Shown: piece after piece, positions 38,810 through 51,839 of the stretch
Numbering within the stretch: position 1 is the stretch's first letter
Layout: each line of letters opens with the position of its first letter
NCBI RefSeq assembly: GCF_001194135.2
Contig: NC_068982.1
Span: 55,588,098 to 55,652,097, forward strand
DNA: 64,000 bases
Direction of reading: 5' to 3'
Source: Octopus bimaculoides
Lineage: Eukaryota
Notes under the pieces: model-generated
Database searches by the model: none
What the model saw: the letters and a program-made list of their open reading frames with translations, nothing else
What the model was told of the DNA's origin: nothing
Position numbers and translations under genes: made by a program

Positions 38810-40312
38810 TCCACTCCAAGAGTGTAATGGCTGCTTTTACATACCACCAGCACAAGTACCAGTTACGTGACACCAGTATCTGCCATGACTATGATTTCAC
38901 TTGACTTGATAGGTCTTCTCAAGCACAGCATATTGCCAAAGGTCTCAGTCATCTGTCATTGCATCCATGAGGCGTAACACTTGAAAGTTGCTTTTTATGT
39001 GCACCAGCATGAGTGCCAGTTATGGGACACCAACAATGTCCATGACTATGATTTCACTTGGCTTGATGGGTCTTCTCAAGCAGTGCATATTACCAAAGGT
39101 CTCAGTCCCTGAAGGAATTTGTGATTCGTCTGCTTTCCTACTTACTAAGACTTTGGTTTTTGTTAGATTCTTTGATTCTAGACCTTGCTTCCACACCTGA
39201 AATTTCTTCTATAGTTCCAGTAGTGATTCAGTTATAAGAACAAGGCCATCAGCATAGAGGAGCTCCCAGGGGAAGACTATCTTAAATTCCTCTGATATTG
39301 CCTGGAAGACTATGATGAACAAGAGGGGGCTGAGGACTGAGCCTTGGTGGACCTCTTCTTGTACCCTGAATTCATTACTATATTAATTGCTAATCTTCAC
39401 CTTACTGACAACATCCCTGTACATAGCTTGTACAGCTCTTACCAGCCACTCATCTAGCCCTAGTTTCTGCATTGACCACCAGATAAGAGAGTGGGGAGAC
39501 TCTGTCAAAAGCTAGGTACAGGGGTTTATTTTTGGTTAGATATTTCTTCAGCAGTAGCATAACAGTAATATAGCATCAGGCAGGCTCCTGCTTGGCACAA
39601 ATCCAAACTGCATCTCATGTACACTAACTCTCTCCCTAATTATTTGAGCTATGACCCTTTCTGTGACTTACATCACCTGGTTCAGCAATTTGGTGCCTCT
39701 GTAATTATTTCTATCTAAGGCATTGTAGTAGTTGACTATAATGCTGCTAAACCAATTGTTGGGCATGACACTCTCATGTACAACCTGATTGACTATATGA
39801 GTGTCTAGGCTATATCCTACTTGGCCAGATACTTTAAGCATCTCAGTGGTGATTTCTGATGGACCAGGGGCTTTCCCTATCTTCATATACCTTAATTGCT
39901 TTAACTACTAATGTACTGTCGATTTGGATAGCTGGTCCCTCAGAAGGGTCAATGTTTGGCAGACTCTCCTTGTCCTATTCATTCTCCACATTTAGCAGGT
40001 TTTCATAATGGCACCTCCGAGCCTCTTTCTTTGCAGAATCATTAAATGCAAATGAACCATCATCCATGCAGGCACATTGCTCTCCTATGACGTCATGATT
40101 TTCTCTCACGCACTGTCTTGCAATCCGAAACACTTCAAGTCTCTGGTCCTCATATCGCAGAACATTGGCAAACTTCTTTTTTTCTGCTACTTCCCTGACT
40201 AAATATACCTGTCCCCTAGCTTCCCTTCTGGTTATCCGATACAGTTCCCTGCTACCCCCACACTTCCAGTGCTTGAAGGCCTGTTTCTTTTATCTTAACT
40301 AATACAGGGTGT
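38810..40312 (-). mobile_element. RTE LINE fragment (39240-40312) with family A-type tail (38810-39110)
   Basis: ORF 39668-39886 MKIGKAPGPSEITTEMLK...NYRGTKLLNQVM. LLYADGL at about 39260. Cut at 40312 by a Tc1/mariner insertion. Confidence 0.85.
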
Positions 40313-41950
40313 TCCATAAAGGGCACCGAAATTGAAAGGTGAATAATTAAAATGAATTCTTGTAAGCATGGATATATTCTGCATATTTCTAATGAGTTAT
40401 GTCTCCCATTTAGATATGGAGCACAATGTCGGTCATATGTCCACCTGCACTGAGTCTGCATATATTTATGTGCTCCTCGAAATTTCCGATAATTCTCTCA
40501 CAGATGTGTGACCTGATGCCTCCAATCACATGCCTAATTTCAGCCTTGAGTTCAGGAATTGTGCAGGATTTTTTGACATATACCTGTGATTTCACATACC
40601 CCCATAAGAAGAAATCACAAGGGGTAAGATCACAGGACCTTGGTGGCCATTGCTGGTCACCATGCAAGGATATCACTTGTTGCAGAAATTTTTCATGGAG
40701 TAATGCAAGCGTTTGGCAATCTCCGTATCTTCCAAGTTCGGCTATAATTTAGTGGATATCATGTCTTGGTAATGTTCTCCATTAATGGTAACTGCATACC
40801 CCTCATCATTTTCAAAGAAGAACAGTCCAAGCACTCCACCTCCCCAAAAACCACATCACACAGTCACTTTCAGTGGATACATTTCCCATTCTTGCATTAT
40901 TTGAGGATTTTCATTTCCCCAAATCTGGCAGTTCTGTTTATTAACAAATCCACTCAAGTGGAAGTGGGCCTCATCACTGAAGATGATTTTCTTTGCAAAA
41001 TTTTCGTCAGCTGCAAGTCTCTCCACAGCCCAGTCAGCAAATTTCCTTCCCCCCTCCCGTGGTCAGGTGGCTGAAGATGCTGTGTAATTCTTTTGCTCTT
41101 TTACTTGTTTCAGTCATTTTGACTGTGGCCATGCTGGAGCACTGCCTTTAGTCGAGCAAATCGACCCCAGGACTAGTATTCATTTTATCGATCTCTTTTG
41201 CCGAACCGCTAAGTTACAGGGACGTAAACACACCAGCATCAGTTGTCAAGCGATGTTGGTGGGAGGGGGGGACAAACACAGACACATAAACACACACACA
41301 TATACATATACAAATATACAACGGGCTTCTTTCAGTTCCCGTCTACCAAATTCACTCACAAGGCTTTGGTCGGCCCGAGGCTATAGTAGAAGACACTTGC
41401 CCAAGGTGTTATGTAGTGGGACTGAACCCGGAACCATGTGGTTCGTAACCAAGCTACTTACCACACAGCCACTCCTACACTAAGTTGAATTTTGTATGCA
41501 TGCATATGGAGATCTTTATGAAAAATTCGATGTAATGAAGTGGTTGGGATGTCCAGCTGCTGTGAACATCAGCGAATCAATTTTCCTGGACTCAGAATGA
41601 CACTGTCTCACACAACAGCAATTTGTTGCTCTGTCCAATGAGAACAATTCCACCCAGGTGATTTGGCCATTGCAACTGAACCGGTTGTTTTAAACTGTAG
41701 ACTTGTTGGGTGCTTCATTTCTCCTCCAAATGGTACAAAGTGTTTGAGCTGTTTGTGTTGCACTTTCTCTGTTTTGGTAAAATGTCTTCACAATGAGAAT
41801 GCATTGATCAGTTGTAAACTGCTCTATGACACACTGCACACTATTCTGAAAAACAAACGAACAACTATTAATTGGAGTGAAGAGAGATAGGAAACAAGAT
41901 AAAAGCATTTCTTCAAACGTCAAAACACAAAATTGTCGCTCAATTCAAAT
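40313..41950 (-). mobile_element. Tc1/mariner element (probably rosa/DD41D-like), decayed, interrupted by a SINE
   Basis: Terminus TA-CAGGGTGTTCCATAA. Peptides WPPRSCDLTPCDFFLWGYVKSQVY, DEAHFHLSGFVNKQNCQIWG and EQFTTDQCILIVKTFYQNRESATQT. The subfamily call is from motif recall; the second D region is deleted. Confidence 0.85.
41090..41480 (-). mobile_element. Family B SINE nested in the Tc1/mariner element
   Basis: Matches 36345-36710 and splits the transposase reading frame. Confidence 0.88.
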
Positions 41951-42366
41951 TCAGCGGTCTTTATGGAACACACTACACTTCTAATATTCAAAAAAGTATA
42001 AAACTTGATTGCTATGGACTGGTCTGATTACCCAAATTGAAACAATATCTATTTCCTCTTCCTTTCAATTCCTTTTAGATTTGTCCATTTATCTTAAATG
42101 GCATCATATTATACTCATTATAAGTGGTCAGTGATGTGAATGGATCCTGACCTAATTGAGGTTTTTTCTACAACTAAGCATATAAAGTAATCTGTTCCCT
42201 TAATATCTAAAAAGGTGGTTCTAAGTTGAAGTGATACCAAAACTATAGTTATATCATGACTTGTAGGTACACAGTATTTTGTTATGCAACCATGATATAC
42301 TATAAAGTATATTAAACGTTTTTATAAGCCAATACTACCTTCTACTGTGTTAGCAGTGTGTTTTAC

Positions 42367-42462
42367 ATTATTTGTTAAGGTTACTTCTACAGATATTCTA
42401 TAGAAATTATAGCCACCACTGATTTCTATAGAATATCTATAGAGATAGCTTTAACAAGTAAT
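42367..42462 (+). repeat. 41-bp-stem hairpin
   Basis: 42367-42407 pairs with 42422-42462, with 4 G:U pairs and 2 mismatches on + and a 14-nt loop. Confidence 0.75.
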
Positions 42463-42897
42463 ATAGTTATATCATATTTCAATACAAACTCTTCTGTCCT
42501 GTACCCTGGTGTTTTATGATCCTTCACCTAGAATATACTTTAAGAAGGACTATCTGATACTTGAATCTTCAGTTCACTTCACTCACCCAAATGAGATATT
42601 TAAAATATTTGGTGGAGTAGGATATGGCCTAGTCATCTATATAGTTAATCAGGTTGTACATGAGGGAATCATACCCAATGATTGGTATAACAGCACTTGA
42701 ACGAAGTTGCAAGGAATGTCTACCTTAGATGAATATGTGCTGCAAATGAATCAAATAAATGCACAAAAATGCTACATCAAAGGACACTAAAACACTTATC
42801 CAGCAAAAACACACATCAGATTGGAATTTAATGAGAATAATACTGTAATAAATGAGTTTTGAAGATAATTCCCAATTCTTCTTTATGATGTCTTGTA

Positions 42898-43260
42898 TGT
42901 ATCATCATCGTCGTTTAACGTCCGCTTTCCATGCTAGCATGGGTTGGACAATTTGACTGAGGACTGGCAAGCCAGCAGGCTACACCAGGCTCCAATCTGA
43001 TCTGGCTGAGTTTCTACAGCTGGATGCCCTTCCTAACGCCAACCACTCTGAGAGTGTAGTGGGTGTTTTTATGTGCCACCGGCACGAGGGCCAATCACAC
43101 AGTACTGGCAACGGCTACGCTCAAAAAGGTATTTTTTACGTGCCACCTGCATGGGAGCCAGTCCAGCGGCACTGGTAATGACCTCGCTTGAATGATTTTC
43201 TAATGTACCACCAGCACAAGTGCTAGAAAGCGACGCTGGTAACAATTCCGCTCAAATAGT
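42898..43260 (-). mobile_element. Family A SINE copy
   Basis: (CAT)n GTTTAACGTCCGCTTTCCATGCTAGCATGGG start. Confidence 0.88.
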
Positions 43261-43552
43261 GATGTATACATATATGTATATGTACATATATTTTTACATA
43301 CATACATATATCATTTCTTTCTTTTTACTTGTTTCCGTCATTAAACTGTGGCCATGCTGGGGCACTGTCTTGAAGAATTTTAGTCAAATGAATTGACCCC
43401 AGTACTTATTTTTTTCTTTAAAGACTGATGCTTATTGTATTGGTAACTTTTGCTGGACCACTAAGTTACAAGGATGTAAATATACCAACACCAGTTGTCA
43501 AGCAGTGATGAGAGGCAAACAAATTTTTGCATGGAAAATGTGTGGAAGCTTG

Positions 43553-43587
<35 letters not shown>

Positions 43588-45039
43588 GTCCCAACATGGC
43601 TGCAATCCTTTCACTGAAACAAGATAAAGATATATATATATATATATATATGTATTCTCAGCCACCCTTGGATTCCATTATTGTTGTCACGATTGCGACT
43701 TTCGCTGCTGGACTTCTTTCTGTCTGTGCATCTTTTTAAAAAAATTCCTTTCCATTTTACATGTTCTGTTATGTTTAACTAGATTTTGTTTCCCCTTTAT
43801 TTCTCTTCAGACAATATACACAACCTCTCGACTTTTATGTATTTTCAAACTATGTACATCTTTTTCTTCTAGCTTTGTTCTTGAGAACTCAAGTTCAGGC
43901 ATGCACGCATGTATGTATGTATGTATGGGAGAGAGGGGGAGAGAGGGGGAGAGAGGGAGAGATAGATAGGGAGAGAGAGAGAGTAGATGTGGCTATGCAG
44001 ATAGGGTACCAGGCAACCAGCAAAGATGTCAGCAGCTTGTACTTAGTGTCACATTGTGTTTCTGTCCAAAGCACTTCCCTCACCAAGAAAAGCCTGAGCT
44101 AAAGATTGAGACTCATCAAAGATCATTCAACCACCTGAAAACAGCAGCCAAATCTCCTTCAAATTACACACTATCATCTTAAAAGCAGGTAAGGACATGT
44201 TAGATAATGTAGTTTTAGTTACTGCTAAAAGGCACAGAATAATCTCTTCAAGAAGATCTGGGGTTAAACAGCAACAACTTAAAATTGCCAAGTCCACCTA
44301 GTCCTAAATAGGAACTGCAGATGGTAAAATTAATGCCAGAAACAGCTGCATTAACAGCATTTTGTAATTGGCAAATGATCCTTTGAATTACAGTGGGTGG
44401 AACAGAGACACTTACATACATACAACAGGTTTCCACATACCAAGTTCACTCACAAGGCATAAGTTGATCTGAGTTTATAGTAGAAGACACTTGCCCAAAG
44501 TGTAGTACAGTGGGACTGAACACAAAAATACATGGCTACAAAGCAAGCTTCTTAACTGCTAGGTCATTCCTACACCTTTCATTTTTAACTAACAAAAATT
44601 AAAAACTTCAATATATCACTTCGTAAATTTTATAAGAGACCATATCACTTCATCAAATATATTTCTATCTAATTTAATTGTTATTATGACATGTTGATAA
44701 TTGCTGTCAGTTTAGTGATCTCTTTCTCAATTGTTTTGACAGGCTTTTCTAATGTACTGGTATTGTTTCTCATTAACTTTTATACTAAAAAGGAAATCTG
44801 TATTTGCAAATTGTAATGTATTACTTATTTATTTATCTATCTATTCATTAATCCATTATAATTTTTTTACCTGTACGAAGAAAAATACTGGAGTCTGTTA
44901 TGATTTGTGGTAATTAAAATTTTTTATTCTTTTCATATACAACATAGGTACTGGTGTGGTTGTGTGGTAAAAAGCTTGCTTCTCAACCACATGGTTCTGC
45001 GTTCAGTCCCACTGTTGTGGCACATTACTATAGTCTCAA

Positions 45040-45633
45040 GTCCTCGGAACTTGCCAGGAAGTACCATCCTCGGAACTTTCCAAGAAGTAGCTCATCCTCG
45101 GATCTCTCCAAGAAATCATTGGAACTTTCCAGGAAGTACCATCCTCGGAACTTTCAAGGAAGCACAACCCTCGGAACTTTCCAGGAAGTACAATCCTCGG
45201 AACTTTCCAAGAAGTAGCTCATCCTCGGATCTCTCCAGGAAATCCTCGGAACTTTCCAGGGATTTCTCAGGGTTCCCGGAAATCATCGGAACTTCCCAGG
45301 AAGACCAATCCTTGGAACTTTCCAAGAAGTAGCTTATCCTCGGATCTTTCCAAGAAATCTTAGGAACTCTCTAGGCAGTTCCAACCTCGGATCTTTCCAG
45401 GAAGCAGCTCATCCTCGGGTATTTCCTGGAAATCCTTGGAACTTTCCAGAAAGTAGCTCATCCGGGGGTTTCCAGGAAATCCTTGGCATTTCCAGGAATT
45501 CTCAGATGTTTCCAGGAAATCCTCGAAACTTTCCAAGAAGTATCTCATCCTCGGATCTTTACGGGAATTCCCAGGAAATCCTCGGAACTTTCCAGGAAGT
45601 TACATCCCCTGAAACTTTCCAGGAAGTAGCTCA
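45040..45633. repeat. CpG-rich minisatellite, about 22 variant units (20-28 bp), core TCCTCGGAACTTTCCAGGAAG
   Basis: Units read directly. A 26/28/21-bp higher-order pattern recurs. GC content is far above the flanks. It abuts a truncated family B SINE head at 44950-45035. Confidence 0.92.
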
Positions 45634-46656
45634 GAAAGGGGAATTGCATTCGAAAAAGTTTTAATCGCTGTTTTCGGTAAGTATGGGGGCTAGGAGAAAT
45701 AGAAGAAGCCTTAAGAAGTTGATGTTAAGAATTGGTTTAACAGAAAATGAAGCTGTAAGAATTAACGGGGAAATTGTATGTAATAATTAATAGCAGACAT
45801 ATCCAATTTAAGAAAAGTGAAGAAATATGGAATAAGTAATTGTTATATTCTTGTAGGAAAACAATTTATATTATAAAATAGATATATACCTGTTCAAGAC
45901 GAAAATGTATGTGAGAGCTATTGTATTGGACGTGTGTATAATCATAGAGAAAGTGAAAGACATATGAAATGGACGTGCGTGTATGTGTGTGTGTGTCTTT
46001 TGCGGCTAATTTGACCTGAGTTTTGCAGTCAGCAGGAGGGGTTTGTGTTTTATCTCTTGATCAATGGCCGGACAAGTGAAAATATTTTTTTAATATGTGT
46101 TTTGGGGAAAGGGGATCTTTTGAAGTGGGCATCAAATGAAAAGAGACATGGACAGTTTTATGACTGAACTTCTTTTGAAGTTGGCGTGAGATTGCAGCCA
46201 TGCTGGGGCACCACCTTGAAGAATTTTTAATTGAATGTATCGACCTCAGTACTTACTTTTTAAAAGCCTAGTACTTATTCTATTAGTCTCTTTTGCTAAA
46301 CCACCAAGTTACGGGGATGTAAACACACCAACACCAGCTGTTGAATGGTGGTCGGGACATCACAGACACAAAGAAATACATACACACACATACATATATA
46401 TATGACAGGCTTCTTTCAGTTTCCATCTACCAAATCCACTCAAAAAGCTTTGGTTTGCCTGAGGTTATAGTAAAAGACACTTGCCCAAGGTGCAATGCAG
46501 TGGGACTGAAACCCACATCCATGTAGCCTAGCGGTTTGACAAAAGCAACTGATAAAATAAGTGTTAGGTTTAAAAAAAAATTACTGAGGTTGTTTCATTT
46601 GACTAAATTTCTTGAAGGTGGTGTCCTTGTATGGCTGCAGTCCAATGACTGAAACG

Positions 46657-46665
46657 AGCAAAAGG

Positions 46666-46722
<57 letters not shown>

Positions 46723-46806
46723 CACACACACACATATATATTTTTTTTATAGTTTCAGCTTAGAGCTGCGGCCATGCTGATGCACCGCCGTGTAAATTAG
46801 GGTTCG

Positions 46807-46851
<45 letters not shown>

Positions 46852-47100
46852 ACCTTATATATATATATGAATGTACATGTAGATACATTTGCACAGATAT
46901 ACATATACAAATATGCATACAATTGCATATACACATATAAATATATATATACAAACACACTCATATATATATGTATACATACACAAACATATATATACAC
47001 ATACACACATATATACATGCATACATATATGATCTAATCTATATATATAAGTTTTGATAGAATACATATGCTCGGGCTGACTTACATATCTATATATTGT
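46657..47100. repeat. (TA)n/(CA)n low-complexity region with an embedded SINE fragment
   Basis: Direct reading. It explains the YIYI-type pseudo-ORFs. Confidence 0.9.
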
Positions 47101-48533
47101 CAATAAAGAATCAAGTTACTGGGAGTAGTTATCTGGTTTTTGTTCTTTCTATATATGTTATGATAGGATGCTGGTTATTTGTGTTTACTATTTTTGTGAA
47201 TACTGATATTGTTTTTTTTTTTCTTGTGTGAATGAAAATCTCTTTACTAGGTCAGTGGAGCAAACAATTTGATTCCTGTTATTTATGCATTGCCAATAAA
47301 CTTCAGATAAACTTAAGCCATTGTTTGCTTAAACTAGTAATCCGGAGAATATAATACAATAATACCTCACTTTAGGAGGACCCACTTTATGAAACCCCAA
47401 GTTTACGAGTTTTATTTTTCAAGTACAAAAAACAAATTTTGAATCAAGTGCAAAAGTTTCTACTACCATAACAAATGCTTCTGTGTGTTATTGAGAAATT
47501 TAGAGAGCGTGAAATAAAGCTTCTTCTAAGCAAACAACTCTAGACTTGTTTTTTAAAATGAAATCTACAAGTGATTCAGAAAATGATTATAATAATAATA
47601 TTTTTTATTATAAACGATTTTGACATTCTTTTTACTTTACATAAAATATACATTACATTCTACTGTTGTTTTATTGCTATTTATTCATGAGTATTATAAA
47701 TGTTATAGGTAAAATGTTTTATTTATAATATTGCTACTATTGGAAATTATTGCTCTGCTTTATGAGCAGTCTCCAGTTCGTTCTGTTTTTTTCTCAGTTC
47801 ACTTAGCAGTTATCTCTTGTTACTGAATAGGAATGACATATTCCCAAAAGAATGCTCTTTTGTTCAAGACAGATTAATCTCTTTACTAATTTGGTGTTAT
47901 TTAAATTATTAAAAAAAAACATAATTTTTTTGTTGACATAAGTAATCCATCTCCATTAACAATCTCTAAGTTTACATGAAATGCCATCAAACTCTTGAAT
48001 ATTTCATTTTAGTATTCACTTCCCTTATAAATTAATATATGTCATATATTATAACCATTTCTGCTCTTTGCCTTCATCAGCTGCTATCTGATGTATTTCT
48101 CAAAATCTGTCTGAAATAAACTTAACACAACGCAATACTTGCCACTACCGCTGCCACTACCAGTCCTAGCAGCAACAGCAACCACCACCATGACCACCAC
48201 TGCCACTACTGCAACTACCATCACTACCACCACCACCACCACCATTGCTACCCCTATTGTCACCACTGTCACCCCATCTCCAACAACTCCAACTTCTCTT
48301 TTCTTTTAACATAAGTTTGTTAATCTATATCGTTTACCTTTTTTAGTCATTAGACTGTGGCCATGCTGGGGCACCGCCTTAAAGAATTTTTACTCGAATG
48401 TATCAACACCAGTACTTAATTTTTATAAACCTGATACTTATTCTATCAGTCTCTTTTACTGAACTGCTAAGTTAGGGAGAAGTAAAAACACCAGCACCGG
48501 TTATCAAGTCATGGTGGGGGGACGACGAATACA

Positions 48534-48599
<66 letters not shown>

Positions 48600-49103
48600 A
48601 TGGGCTTCTTTCAGTGTCTGTCTACGAAATCCACTCACAAGGCTTTGGTTGGCCTGAGGCTATAGCCAAAAACACTTACCATGCAGTTGGACTGAATCCT
48701 GAGCCATGTGGTTGGGAAGCAAGCTTCTTACTAAACAGCCACACTTATGCTTAATGTTTCAAAAGAATTTCTGAAAACATTTCTGAATGAAGGATCTACA
48801 AAACAATTACATCTCTGAATCTCATCCACAAACTTTACATCAGTTACATGAACCCATGAACCTATTTTTTTTACTAAGACGACTATGAAGTTAACCCTTT
48901 ATCTGTCCAAAGCATTTTTATAAGTTTGTCTTTTCATTACTGTATTTATTTTGAGATGCTCTGTGTTTCTTTTAATTACTTTGTTTTCAGATTTTTAGTT
49001 AGCCCCTACTTCATATGTTCTGAGTAGCATAAAGCTTTCCTTTTATAAGTCCCAAGATACTTTGGTGGTTGAATAAAATTGAGTATGTTTATCATATGTG
49101 ATA

Positions 49104-49487
49104 GTGGAGGCGCAGGGGCCAGTGGTTAGGGAAGCAGACTCACGGTCATAGGATTGCGGTTTCGATTCCCAGACCGGGCGTTGTGAGTGTTTATTGAGCG
49201 AAAACACCTAAAAGCTCCACAAGGCTCTGGCAGGGGATGGTGGCGAACCCTGCTGTACTCTTTCACCACAACTTTCTCTCGCTCTTACTTCCTGTTTCTG
49301 TTGTGCCTGTATTTCAAAGGGCCAGCCTTGTCACACTGTGTCATGCTGAATATCCCCGAGAACTAAGTTAAGGGTGCACGTGTCTGTAGAGTGCTCAGCC
49401 ACTTGCACGTTACTTTCACGAGCAAGCTATTCCGTTGATCGGATCAACTGGAACCCTTGATGTCGTAAGCGACGGAGTGCCAACAAC
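49104..49487 (+). mobile_element. tRNA-headed SINE ('family D'), apparently full length
   Basis: Head GGAGGCGCAGGGGCCAGTGGTTAGG...GGTTTCGATTCC has A- and B-box-like motifs. An inverted second copy lies at 13.0-13.4 kb. Confidence 0.82.
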
Positions 49488-49614
49488 ATCATATGTGATG
49501 CATGGATGCTAAGGAAATAAGTCCTGGGTGTCATGTGTGATACAGAGGACAGGGAAAGGGTTAACAATGTTACCAAGGAATACAAGTATAAGGAAAGGAA
49601 AAAGTTTTGCAACA

Positions 49615-50054
49615 TGTTTAATATTGGTTTCAAATTTAGGCACAAAGCCAACAATTTTAAAGGTGGGATTACCTTGACCCCAATGCTTGACTGGTATCTA
49701 TTTTTTTGACTCTGAAAGGACGTAAAGCAAGTCAACCTTGGCAGCATTTGAATTCAGGACATAAAGTTGGAAAATGTCACAAAGCATTTTGTCCAGAACA
49801 GCAACGATTCTGCTAGATCACCTTAATAACAACAATAATAATAATAGTTTCAAATTTTTGGCACAAGGCCAGCAATTTTGGGAAGTGAGTAGGTTCATTA
49901 CATTGACCCCAGAGCTCAACAAGAACTTATTTTATCAACCACAAAAGGATGAAAGGCAAAGTTGACCTTGAATTTGAACTCAGAACATGAAGACAGATGA
50001 AATGCCACTAAGCATTTTGCCCAGCATGCTAACAGTTCTGCCAAGCTTGCCACC
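49615..50054 (-). mobile_element. Two tandem family C SINEs separated by an (AAT)n tract
   Basis: Both match the reverse complement of 61735-61900. Confidence 0.8.
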
Positions 50055-50058
50055 TTAA

Positions 50059-50487
50059 CCCTTTCGTTACTGTATATATTTTGAGATGCTCAGTGTTTCT
50101 TTCTATTTAGCCAGAGAGGAAGCAGATAAGAAAAAAAATTGCCAATATTCTGCGCTGTGAGGACCAATGACTTGAGGTATTTCATATGGCAAGACAGTGT
50201 GTGAGAGAGAATTGTGATGTCATAGGAGAGGAATGTATCCGCATGGATGATGGTTCACTTGCATTAAACGAGGCTGCAAAGAGAGAGGTTTGGAGATGCC
50301 ACTATAAAAGGTTGCTCAATAAAGAGAAACAAAGAATTTAGTAAAATAACTTAGTTATCATTCAGCTAGTGTTAGGAACATAAATTGTGACTAAGGTTTG
50401 GTGGAGGATTTTCATTCGAAACTTATGGAAACAAGACATTTGTACTCAGAGCCAGAGCCGGTTTCAGCCAAGCTGGTAATGAAAGGG
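50059..50487 (+). mobile_element. piggyBac-type MITE family 2 carrying an internal RTE fragment (50104-50328)
   Basis: TTAA|CCCTTTCGTTAC...GTAATGAAAGGG|TTAA. The 5' part matches the partial copy at about 48895-48985. The insert matches 51977-52201. Confidence 0.88.
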
Positions 50488-50811
50488 TTAAACATATTTA
50501 ATATTACACATAGTAATGGAATTTGGTCAAGATAAATCTTCATGCCTGGTTGCAGAATGAGGGAAACTAATGAAATGATTAAACAATATGGCTGTTAAGA
50601 ACTATATTATATGTGTCAGATGATGAATACCACAAAACTAATGAAAATATATATAATATTTGTTTTTGCAATAAAGAGTATTCCATGAAAACAGAATATT
50701 AAAATAAAACTAACATGGTCTTTGGTAGTCTAGTGTTGAGTATCCTTGTCAGTCATGCAGGAGACCAAACTTCAATTCCTAGCTGGAGAGTTGATATACA
50801 CTTTCCAATAG

Positions 50812-51130
50812 GTGCAGGTATGGCTGTGTAGTAAAAAGTTTACTTCCCAACGGCATAGTTTCAGGTTCAGTCCTACTGTACAGCACCTTGGGCAAGTGTC
50901 TTGGGTCAACCAAAGCCTTGTGAGTGGATTTAGTAGATGGAAACTGAAAGAAGCCTGCATAATAATTGGTGTTGGTTTGTTTACTTCCAACAACTTAGCA
51001 GTTTAAACAAAAGTGGACCAACAGGATAAGTACTAGACTTTAAAAAAAAGTACTGGGGTTGACTTGTTCAACTAAACCCTTCCAGGCAGTGCCTCAACAT
51101 GACCACAGTCCAATGATGAAACAAGTAAAA
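50812..51130 (+). mobile_element. Family B SINE, decayed
   Basis: Head TGGCTGTGTAGT...GGTTCAGTCC and tail CCACAGTCCAATGATGAAACAAGTAAA. Confidence 0.75.
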
Positions 51131-51839
51131 AATAGAAGATCTATAAGCCGTATTTCTTGCTGCTGAGAAACAATTACATAGCTGTGTACAACTGTTATCA
51201 ATGTTGTTTACCCAATAAATCTAACCATTATATTTAAAATAAATGATAAAGGAATATTCATGGACATTCATTGGAAAAAATGGGCAAATTCTGTGTTCTG
51301 ATTTTACATTTACAATTGTACGTAAAGGCATTGCATTCTAGACTTTGCTTTTCATCTCCATTTGGGGGATAGCAAAATAAGTACTTACTGAGCACTGGAG
51401 TCAAGGGCATTGACTAGGCTCCTCCTACAAACTTTACAAGCCTTGTAATCAAAATAAACAGTACATGATCTCGCAGGTGGGGCCCAGTTAGAATTTTCTT
51501 CAGGTCGAGTAGCCTAACCCGCTCAAAAGGTCCCTGAATAAGGTTTGTTTAAGGATGTTGAACAAAACACCCATGTTTCCAAAGGTGAATTATTCAAACC
51601 CCAAAGAATTCCTCTCAACACAAGGCTATGATGCTCCTCCACTACTTCTGCTCATGATCAGAGATGCTCATATCGTCAGCCACTAAGGGACATGCTCAAC
51701 TGGTTAAGGTCAAACAACTGACAAGCAAATCTTTGGTATTGAGCAGAATATTTGCTGTAGCCCATCTTTTATACCAAGACAAAACAATGTACATGATAAC
51801 ACTTACAATCAATTAAAATCAGAAGCCATGAGAGTCACT

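Noticed and set aside
45438-45452. Heat-shock element array
   Set aside because: Only one unit (GGAAC TTTCC AGAAA) has correct pentamer spacing. The others have a 3-nt gap.
45040-45633. CRISPR array or repetitive protein exon
   Set aside because: There are no unique spacers and no cas genes, and the context is eukaryotic. Unit lengths shift frame, and the ORFs drift through all three phases.
49104-49180. tRNA gene (also the heads of families B and C)
   Set aside because: It has A/B boxes but no complete cloverleaf, and it continues into a SINE body.
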